NCBI GenBank assembly: GCA_046483305.1
Contig: JAWODM010000018.1
Span: 1 to 64,000, forward strand
Length of the DNA stretch: 64,000 bases
Origin: Candidatus Krumholzibacteriales bacterium
GTDB taxonomy: Bacteria > Krumholzibacteriota > Krumholzibacteriia > Krumholzibacteriales > WJIX01
Direction of reading: 5' to 3'
The notes under the pieces are model-generated. The model was not told the origin of the DNA and ran no database searches. It saw only the letters and a list, made by a program, of their open reading frames with translations. Of the stretch, positions 20,655 through 28,563 are shown one piece after another. Within the stretch, counting starts at the first letter, position 1, and every line of letters begins with the position of its first letter. The position numbers and the translations under genes are program-made.

Positions 20655-20858
20655 CTACATTTTTTTTGAACAGCATTATTATCGCTTCCTATTTTATATA
20701 CCCCGCCGGGACACTTATGTTCCACCCCGAATGATATTAAAGGAACATAATATAAACCGATTGATGAATTCTTAAAGGTGGGGTTCTCTAACTACTCTGC
20801 CTGCTAACTTACCCTCTCGATTACTGTTTTTTAATACTCCTAACACCTCGCAACCCGA

Positions 20859-20887
20859 AGTGTACACTATTACTTATTTTTTGTCAA
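20859..20887 (-). promoter_or_regulatory. sigma70-type promoter of the sigma factor gene
   Basis: TTGACA-17 nt-TACACT about 200 nt upstream of the start codon. Confidence 0.75.
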
Positions 20888-21113
20888 CCCCTAATTCCTG
20901 AAATATTTAATGGCTTATCAGCTCTCAGGGAATAACAGGGGATAAATACTTCTGATTGCTCATCCTGACAAGATTTTATTCATTTATAATCCATATAACT
21001 CGATACATTCCCCTCACAGCCCGGGAAATCTGCAGAATCGGCCGGCCGTCACCCGTTCACCAGCCCTGCTTTTCAGTTTACTGATATCGGAGCGTCCTGG
21101 TTGTTGCTTCTTT

Positions 21114-21464
21114 TCAATCCTCTTCTTCGGCTGGGCCCGCTTCGGAGGCTTCCTCTTTTTCCATCTCTCTGATGTCTTTGATCTCCTGCTCCTTTATCTC
21201 TAATTCCTCTTCCAGCCTGCCGATCTCCTTAACCAGCTTCCTGACCTTTTCATCGTCTGCGGTCTTGTTGCCTCTGTGGCCTTCCACGCTTATCAGGTCG
21301 TATACCCTCCCTCCCAGTTCAACCATACGCTTCTCGATAGATCTGTTGATACCGGTCATTTCAATCTTCCGCCTCCCCACCCTGGCAACCTCTTCGGTCT
21401 TGTCGGAAGCCACCTCATACCACTCGATCAGGTTCTTTCGTACCCTGTCCCAGAGCGTGTCCAT
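21114..21464 (-). CDS. Hypothetical coiled-coil protein
   Basis: 116 aa, AAGGGG RBS, helical and acidic C-terminus, genome-like codon usage. Confidence 0.75.
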   Translation of the reverse strand: MDTLWDRVRKNLIEWYEVASDKTEEVARVGRRKIEMTGINRSIEKRMVELGGRVYDLISVEGHRGNKTADDEKVRKLVKEIGRLEEELEIKEQEIKDIREMEKEEASEAGPAEEED

Positions 21465-21605
21465 TGATTCCCCCTTTCAAAAGGTTATCCTTTTTACTTG
21501 AAATTCTAACACTACTTCAGCATATAATCAAACAAATGCTGCGGGACCGTTAACAGCGGAGCGCGGCGAGGATAATTAATTTTAACTTCTCTACGGAGCA
21601 TTCCA

Positions 21606-22364
21606 TTGAACGGCCCTGTATATTTCGTATCAGACACCCACTTCAAATACCATGATATCGATGAGTCCGAAAACAGGAAAAAGGAACGATTCTTTAAGTT
21701 CCTTTCGGATATAGAGGGAGCCGCAAGACTTTATCTGGCAGGCGATATATTTGATTTCTGGTTCGAGTACCGCCATGTAGTACCGGGGAGTTACTGGGAT
21801 ATCCTGTACCGCCTCCAGCTTCTGCGCGAGAGCGGGACCGATATATACATAACGGGAGGAAACCACGATTTCTGGCTGGGCAATTTTATTTCAGATGTGA
21901 TGAAGTTTCATATTCTGCCTCAGTTCAGCATTCAGAACCTGCAGGGCAGAAGGATCGCGGTTACTCATGGCGATATGATGCTGCCGGGTGACCTGGGGTA
22001 CAAGCTCCTCAAGAAAACCATCAGAAACCGGGCGGTAATTAAAATCGCCAAAATGGTTCACCCCGGCCTGCTTTTCGCTTTCGCCAGGAGATTCTCCTGC
22101 ACCAGCAAGGATTTTACCAGCCGGAAAACTGACTACTGGGCGGGAAGAGTGACTGATCTGGCAAGGGATAACTTCTTCGAATGGGATAACGACACCTTTA
22201 TAATGGGACATATCCACAAACCCGTGCTCAGGAGGTTCGGCGAAAAAGTATTCTGCATTCTTGGGGACTGGGAAGAAAACTGCAGCTACCTCAGACTTGA
22301 AGAGGGGAAATTCTCTGCCGGCAGCTACAATGAAGATGGGAATACATTTATGGAGAAGCGGTGA
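21606..22364 (+). CDS. lpxH: UDP-2,3-diacylglucosamine diphosphatase
   Basis: FVSDTH, GDIFDFWFEY, GNHDFW, HGD, MGHIH, LGDW. Confidence 0.9.
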   Translation: MNGPVYFVSDTHFKYHDIDESENRKKERFFKFLSDIEGAARLYLAGDIFDFWFEYRHVVPGSYWDILYRLQLLRESGTDIYITGGNHDFWLGNFISDVMKFHILPQFSIQNLQGRRIAVTHGDMMLPGDLGYKLLKKTIRNRAVIKIAKMVHPGLLFAFARRFSCTSKDFTSRKTDYWAGRVTDLARDNFFEWDNDTFIMGHIHKPVLRRFGEKVFCILGDWEENCSYLRLEEGKFSAGSYNEDGNTFMEKR

Positions 22365-23248
22365 GAGTTCCCCAGATCGTAATCTATCGGCATGAAAGCG
22401 TAATCGAATCTTAACCGGTTATAGAGTATTCCTATCCCCATGGTTGGCCCTTGCGAATCGTAACCGCCTTTATAACCACCCCTTACAGATATTACCTCCC
22501 GGTAGGTATACTCCATCCCCAGCAGGAACTTCTCGTCCGAATCGTTCTGAATAATAAAATCTCCCGACAGAATAACCTCGCCGTTCAGCCATTTCTCGGT
22601 GACCTGATAGGCTGAGCCCAGACGTATCTGCAGCGGCGGATAGAACTCTTCTTCAACGAATTTCGCCTTCGGACCCATATTCAGAAGAGATGCCGCGAAG
22701 GACAGGCCTCTTATCCTGCTCCTGTGCTTGGCTCCGATGTCGACTGCAAATCCGGTTGCAGATTCAAAATCGATCTTCTCGTAAATCAGTTTGGTAGATA
22801 TACCTACCGAAAGATCGGGTAGAAGGTCCATCCCGTAGCCCACAGAGGCGGCCAGACTGTATGGAGTAAATGTTCCGTCAGGCAGAATTGTGGGGTAATT
22901 GCGCCGTCTCTCCAGTTCTCCATAATATAAACCGGTAAAATGACAGCCAACCGCTCCGCTGAGGAACTCAAAAGCTACACTGGCCTGCTCAAACCTGGTG
23001 CCCACAAACCATTCGGAATGGGACACGTTCAGCTGAACCTCTCTGACATCGGCCAGGCCGGCGGGGTTGAAGTAGATACCGGTTGCGTCATCCGCAACAG
23101 CTGTAAAGGCTTCTCCCATACCGGCTGCCCTGGCTCCGTTACCCAGCCTCAGAAATACGAAACCGGACGACCCCGGTTCCCCTGCCAGTACAGGCCCCGC
23201 AATCATCAGGCAGAATATTACGCCGATTATTATCCCTGGTCTGATCAT
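22325..23248 (-). CDS. PorV/PorQ-family outer-membrane beta-barrel
   Basis: Signal peptide, FLRLGNGARAAGMGEAFTAVADDA..YFNPAGL, C-terminal FDYAF...LGNSHRFS. Confidence 0.88.
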   Translation of the reverse strand: MIRPGIIIGVIFCLMIAGPVLAGEPGSSGFVFLRLGNGARAAGMGEAFTAVADDATGIYFNPAGLADVREVQLNVSHSEWFVGTRFEQASVAFEFLSGAVGCHFTGLYYGELERRRNYPTILPDGTFTPYSLAASVGYGMDLLPDLSVGISTKLIYEKIDFESATGFAVDIGAKHRSRIRGLSFAASLLNMGPKAKFVEEEFYPPLQIRLGSAYQVTEKWLNGEVILSGDFIIQNDSDEKFLLGMEYTYREVISVRGGYKGGYDSQGPTMGIGILYNRLRFDYAFMPIDYDLGNSHRFSINVFPSSL

Positions 23249-23312
23249 TATTCCTCCTGTATCTACAATTTAATCCATTTAATGGTACTTATCAACTCCG
23301 TAAATGATAATT

Positions 23313-26300
23313 TTATCTCACTATCGCGAATTTTCTGGTTTCCCGCCATTTTCGGCCTCCGGAATTTACTTCTACCAGGCACACGTAAATTCCCCCTGCC
23401 AGGCCGCCTATTCTGAGAGCTTTTTCAAACGGCACCAGCGAACCTTCTGAATAATAATGGCCGGCGGTCTCCTGGATAACCTTCTCTCCCTCCATATTGA
23501 TAACTGATATTTTGATATCGGCCGGCCGGTCCAGGCGAATTCGTACATACAACCTTTCTCCGCCGGCTGGATTAGGATAACAGATCAACGATCTATCCGC
23601 GGCAACGGAACCTGCCGGACCGGGCCCGCCGCTCTGATACACTGATCTGGAGGTCCCGCCAGGGTCGTTTCTGAACATATACCAGCCGGAGGTAGAACCT
23701 CCCTCACCCAGAACGTATCTTACCGCCCTGGAACTGTCGCCTCCTCCGGTCACCGGAAGGATAGTTCCGGCGGCAAACAGTTGCAGCGAATCACCTGCTC
23801 CCTCACAGATCAGCGGGGTGCTCTCTCCGGCTCCGGGGAGCGGGAAGCCGTCTGCAACTGTTCCATCCAGTTCGAAGGCATATATCCCCCCTCCGAAATT
23901 GGAAATAATCTCGTTTCTTCCATCACCGTCTATATCAACGATCAAAGGCTGGGCAAGCGGGGGCTCCGGCCCGGGCGCCGAGCCCTGTTTAACCACATTC
24001 ACCGGCCAGTTACCTTCCAGAATTCCCTCCCCTGAAAATAGATATAGATTCTCCTCGCCTCGCAGCGCCGTCTCCGGCATCCCGTCCCCGTTGACATCAG
24101 CCAGAGCGGCCGGTGAAAGCGGGCCGGCGATCTCATATTTCCTTACTATATTCCTGCGGGGGTTCCAGAATATAACTCCTTTTCCGGGGAGCGCTATCAC
24201 CATCTCGTCACTTCCGTCCCCGTCCAGGTCCCCGGACGAAGGCAACGGCATCTCCGCTCTGGGCGCATAAGAATCATGAATAATCCGTTCATACAGCAGT
24301 TCCGCTCCATCGCGTGAAATTTGCCAGAATTGGGCGGAGATTTCACCACCCTGATAACGGCCCAGACAGAATATTCCATCAGACTGCCCGCTGTCCGACT
24401 TGACTCTGCCTGCGGAAATACCGGAAAAGAGACTGCAACCGGTATTCCTGCCGACCCTTAAAACGTTATTTCCTATCTCAGAGCTTTCCCCGAAAATTTC
24501 CGAGCCAATGAGATTAAAATAGATAGAATCCGGGGAAGAAGATACCACCAGCGCCTCCATCATGGGATCTTCGTCGATATTAATCAATAACGGAAGAGCT
24601 ATAAGGGAATCGCCCAGATCGAGCACCCCTTCTGTCTCGTCCCGGTCAATCGGGAAAGGTTCGCCTGTAAATCTTACCGCGCATAGTTCTCCTGAAACGG
24701 AAACCGCGAAAATGACAGGGGAAACTCCATCCAGGTCGCCGGCAACCGCCGAACCTATCCATTCAGTATCGCCAAAGTCAGCCAGCAGGCTTGAGCGCAT
24801 GCGCCAATCACTCATGCCGGCATTTTCAAACAGGTATATCATTCCCGGCGAAGCGGGTATTACCAGATCGACTCCGTCATCGCCCGGTAATGCAACCGGA
24901 CTGAACGGGTCAACCGATCCTTCGAATGTATAATCGCTGACCTGGTAATTGAGATTGCCGCTGAAGTAGAAACTCATAACAGTGCCCGGGAGGGAAATAT
25001 CGCTGATTTCGACACCGGTATTGAACCCGCTATTGCTCTTTGACGATGGAATAGTATTAATCCCGAATTCCCCTCTGTTATCCTTCCGGAATGAATCATA
25101 ATATGAGCCGAAACTGAAATCTCCTCCAGGCCGGTCCAGGTCCTGGACTCCGTCGGCTTCTTCCAGGTCCACCCCCTTCAGGTTCCTGTTGTCATTGGGG
25201 AAATCACCTGATGCGAGCGCCTCCGCGATCACCCTTTCATCAACATGCCATATCATGATGCCGCTGCCGGTGAGATATCTTTTCCTGCCATCCTCCCCGG
25301 TGGTGTAGGGGTTGGTCTCCTGGGTTATAAAGAAATCGAATTCCGCTCCCCGCAGGGTGTCCTCATTCTGGGGTATGCCATCCCCGTTTATATCGCCAAA
25401 ATCGAAGATGCCGTTGAAATTGGGGTCGTGGTCACGGTTTACCAGGAGGAAGTATTCAGCGTTCCCTATATCTATCCGGGCCATTCTGTCTCCGCAGGGA
25501 GGGGGCTGATTAATACCCTCCAGCTCGAACGCCCCTTCCCTCCTGATTACTACCGGCTCGACCCAGCCCATCAGGTATCTGTTGAATCCGCAGGGAAAGG
25601 CGGGAATGATTCCGAGAGCGTTATAGAGGCCGTATGACATCAGCCCGAAGTTTCCGATCCCCTGGGAATCAGTAAAACCGGAAGGGGTTGAATCGTACAT
25701 GGGGAGCATGCCCAGCCGCTTTCCCATTTGAAAAGCGTATATTCCAAGAGAACCGAAGGTCATCCCGTCCTGCGAGGAGGTCTCCGGGAGTATGAGAAAA
25801 TTATCTATGAAGAAAGTTTCTCCGCTGATGGTGTCTCCGGTGGGAACTCCCGGAGTGCCCAGGGTGTCGGAGAGCGCTTCGGCGGCTTCATCAGGATCTA
25901 TGAAACCGGACCAGATCTGATTGGGAGAGTCACCGAATATATCCGTCTCTTTTCCCGCCCCGGCATGAATAAGTGCAAAAGTTCCATACTCCGAGAAATC
26001 AATCCGGCTGTCGATCGAATCCACAACCTCCATCATCATCTCAATCATCCGAAGGTTGTAATCTTCCCCGCCGGCGCCGTAATAGCTTTCCTGCCTGCTC
26101 ACCCTGACCGTTCCGTCATAGAGATCGCAGGCCAGGTGAAAATTGCCCAATGAAGCTCCCCGGTAGTATTCGCTCAGGTGCCTCAATTCGTTTTCGAAAT
26201 AGAGAGAATCGCGGGAGGGATAGGCCTGCGGAGACATGGTGAAATCCCTGTCCTGAAAAGCAACCATTACCGCCAGCATCTTGAGCGAATCAACCGCCGC

Positions 26301-26471
26301 CACAGCCCTGTCCGTTAAATTCCGAAGGGCCTTTTTCTGGTAGTGGCCGGGAGTTTTGTCTCTTACCCGCTCCGGCAGCGGAAGTTTCCTCTGAAGAGGG
26401 CCGTAATCCTCGGATTGCGCCGGAAAGACGATCAAAACTGACAACAGAACGGCTGTAGTGAATAATCTCAT
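23313..26471 (-). CDS. Secreted M6 (immune inhibitor A)-like protein with FG-GAP/VCBS repeats and C-terminal sorting domain; zinc motif degenerate
   Basis: Signal peptide, IHAGAGKE, GNFGLMSYG, LMGWVEP, EYFLLVNR, GIMIWHVDE, GVDLEEADG; DLDGDG/DVNGDG/DIDGDG repeats; CYPNP...GGIY...KFAIVR tail. Confidence 0.85.
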   Translation of the reverse strand: MRLFTTAVLLSVLIVFPAQSEDYGPLQRKLPLPERVRDKTPGHYQKKALRNLTDRAVAAVDSLKMLAVMVAFQDRDFTMSPQAYPSRDSLYFENELRHLSEYYRGASLGNFHLACDLYDGTVRVSRQESYYGAGGEDYNLRMIEMMMEVVDSIDSRIDFSEYGTFALIHAGAGKETDIFGDSPNQIWSGFIDPDEAAEALSDTLGTPGVPTGDTISGETFFIDNFLILPETSSQDGMTFGSLGIYAFQMGKRLGMLPMYDSTPSGFTDSQGIGNFGLMSYGLYNALGIIPAFPCGFNRYLMGWVEPVVIRREGAFELEGINQPPPCGDRMARIDIGNAEYFLLVNRDHDPNFNGIFDFGDINGDGIPQNEDTLRGAEFDFFITQETNPYTTGEDGRKRYLTGSGIMIWHVDERVIAEALASGDFPNDNRNLKGVDLEEADGVQDLDRPGGDFSFGSYYDSFRKDNRGEFGINTIPSSKSNSGFNTGVEISDISLPGTVMSFYFSGNLNYQVSDYTFEGSVDPFSPVALPGDDGVDLVIPASPGMIYLFENAGMSDWRMRSSLLADFGDTEWIGSAVAGDLDGVSPVIFAVSVSGELCAVRFTGEPFPIDRDETEGVLDLGDSLIALPLLINIDEDPMMEALVVSSSPDSIYFNLIGSEIFGESSEIGNNVLRVGRNTGCSLFSGISAGRVKSDSGQSDGIFCLGRYQGGEISAQFWQISRDGAELLYERIIHDSYAPRAEMPLPSSGDLDGDGSDEMVIALPGKGVIFWNPRRNIVRKYEIAGPLSPAALADVNGDGMPETALRGEENLYLFSGEGILEGNWPVNVVKQGSAPGPEPPLAQPLIVDIDGDGRNEIISNFGGGIYAFELDGTVADGFPLPGAGESTPLICEGAGDSLQLFAAGTILPVTGGGDSSRAVRYVLGEGGSTSGWYMFRNDPGGTSRSVYQSGGPGPAGSVAADRSLICYPNPAGGERLYVRIRLDRPADIKISVINMEGEKVIQETAGHYYSEGSLVPFEKALRIGGLAGGIYVCLVEVNSGGRKWRETRKFAIVR

Positions 26472-26681
26472 AATAAATGATAATAATGTGGACTGATACT
26501 AATAACAAGAATAAGTTAATGGGGAGGATGAATCTCTGATGCCGCCCCTGTTCGACAATTATTAATTCAAATCCTCCCCATCGGTCGACCTTCAGGGTAA
26601 CAACCCCAAAGATGTCAGCAATTCTTTTTTTCGCTCTCAGATTCGGATACCATGCCGTTACCCTCTTAACGCTTGGGGGAA

Positions 26682-27587
26682 CTAGTGATCGACCAAATTA
26701 TTTAAAAACTCCGCACCATCTGAATACGGAGACAAATCGCTTACTACCTTTTCTTCTTCCAGATCATAGTATTCGGGAGCCGGGCTCAGGTCCCTGTTAT
26801 CTTCGCTGGTCTGATAGGCCCACCACAGCTCAGCGTAACTGTCCTCGCGCGACATCACATATAACTTGCCGTAGTTTGCCCCTCCGGAGGGTTGCAGTAT
26901 CTGAATAAGGTAACAGTGTGATACTATAACCTCCGCGGTGCCGGATGGCGCCCAGCCCTCCTCGGGAGCCCGGTTAATAAAATCGAACCCCGGCACATAA
27001 CCGTAATCCTGTATATTAACTGTAGAGTCCGCGGTGACAAATTGCTGAACTCCGTTATTGTCATAGATGTATATATCGGTCCTTCCGTCATTCCACGGCA
27101 GGGGGTCCGTTCCCAGGCCGGTCAGGTCAAGGCCGCTTGAATCAGGTTCAGAGGCAGACTCATAGAGCCTGATCAGATCTTCATACCTTGGAGTGGCTGT
27201 AACCACAAAACTCAAATAACTTTCGTTCCCATTGTTGTCCACCGCCGTAATACCGTAATAGTACTGTTCGCCATTATCCGGTGTGTCATATTCGAAGCTG
27301 TATTCGTAAGGTATCGGGCCCGGTTCGACCTCCACGGAGCCTATCAGCTGATAGTCGCCGTAAAGAGAATCACTTCTGAATATATTGTAATGTGATATGC
27401 CGCTCTCCGGGTTGGGGGCCCACCACAGTATGATGTATCCGTCCCTGTTGTCGGAGTAAACTTCCTGCGGGGGTGAAGGAACGCAGTCACAATCTCCCGG
27501 AACTTCAACTATCTTCTCATCCTCGCCGCACGATATAAGGGAGAGCGCTATCATCATTATCATTATTATGTTCAACTTCTTCTTCAT
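26682..27587 (-). CDS. Lipoprotein with fibronectin type III-like domain
   Basis: Lipobox LIS-C; PSPPQ...LWWAPNPESGISHYNIFRS...YYYGITAVDNNGNES. Confidence 0.85.
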   Translation of the reverse strand: MKKKLNIIMIMMIALSLISCGEDEKIVEVPGDCDCVPSPPQEVYSDNRDGYIILWWAPNPESGISHYNIFRSDSLYGDYQLIGSVEVEPGPIPYEYSFEYDTPDNGEQYYYGITAVDNNGNESYLSFVVTATPRYEDLIRLYESASEPDSSGLDLTGLGTDPLPWNDGRTDIYIYDNNGVQQFVTADSTVNIQDYGYVPGFDFINRAPEEGWAPSGTAEVIVSHCYLIQILQPSGGANYGKLYVMSREDSYAELWWAYQTSEDNRDLSPAPEYYDLEEEKVVSDLSPYSDGAEFLNNLVDH

Positions 27588-27615
27588 TTATTCACCTTCT
27601 GCCTGTACTGATAAG

Positions 27616-27630
27616 GCAACTGGCATGCCA
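27616..27630 (-). promoter_or_regulatory. sigma54 (-24/-12) promoter for the FN3 lipoprotein gene
   Basis: TGGCAT-GCCAG-TTGC on the minus strand matches TGGCAC-N5-TTGC. It ends 28 nt before the ATG, followed by an AAGGTG RBS. Confidence 0.75.
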
Positions 27631-27856
27631 CCGTATCAGATATTATTCAAACAGCAGGGCATATATTGCTATTCTCTTATTATACTGCATCTTACGGATT
27701 AATAAATTTGTATTGGCCCCCGGCTGGAACAGCTGAGCAGAAATCAGAGAAACAGGTTTCTGTCAACTCAATGAAACACTGCTGTCCACAATATTATACA
27801 GGAACAGATAAATTCGTAAGGTTATCAGGGGCGGTGCCCCGGGCCGGATTCAGGGA

Positions 27857-27949
27857 TAAAAAGAGGAATAGGCAACAAGTACCGGAGGGGATGTCCATAC
27901 TTGTTTTTAACCTATGGATCTCGCCATTCCATAAGCAAACCTATTCCTC
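27857..27949 (-). ncRNA. Candidate small structured RNA (three-way junction)
   Basis: A 10-bp closing stem GAGGAATAGG/CCTATTCCTC encloses two hairpins and is followed by TTTTT. TTGACA lies at 27995-27990 upstream. No family recognised. Confidence 0.4.
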
Positions 27950-28114
27950 ACTGTTTTCAATTATTTTTACTATACTAATTATAATACAGTGTCAAGTTGT
28001 TTTCATATAGGTAGATATACCTATTTGTCATATTCTTTTAAAGGGGCTGTACTGTAAGTAAGTATTATAATAAAATTTACCGCTACATGGACAAATCGGT
28101 AATCTGGATAGAAA

Positions 28115-28212
28115 ATAATCCGGCAGGCAATCTGATCCGTGTGCTACTAGAGACCCCACCTTTTATTACATAGCTATTTGTTATCAGCAGATCAGACTGC
28201 TTGCCGGATTAT
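28115..28212. repeat. 23-bp inverted repeat with 52-nt spacer
   Basis: ATAATCCGGCAGGCAATCTGATC / GATCAGACTGCTTGCCGGATTAT, 21 of 23 complementary. Confidence 0.8.
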
Positions 28213-28563
28213 ATGTCAGCAAACCGAGCCGGATTTTTCAGTTCGCTGATATATATACATGGCAATTACCGTTCCATAACCGGAATTTCTGCCTCTTTCA
28301 TGTCCGGTCTTGTATATGCTTGTTATATTACCAGTTACAAGGCGGCACAAAATTGAACATTTGAAAGGACCTTCCGGCCTCTCGATCAGCTATAAAATTC
28401 TTTTACATTATTATATGACCGGCTGTATTCTGCTGCTATCATGATAATTAGCCTGTTAAAAATCTTTATCCGGAGTCTGCCTCTCCTGCCGTCAAAACCG
28501 GTCACGCCGCTTTTCGCCGGCTTACGGACAGAAAAAAATAATTGTTTCCGGGAAATTCTTTTA

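Noticed and set aside
27666..28010. 114-aa plus-strand ORF in the activator-target intergenic region (also 28441-28758)
   Set aside because: TTG start without an RBS for the first, atypical composition, and overlap with better-supported structures or genes.
28343..28358. CGGCACAAAATTGAA as a second sigma54 promoter
   Set aside because: GG-to-GC spacing is one base short, the -12 GC is absent and no gene lies downstream on that strand.
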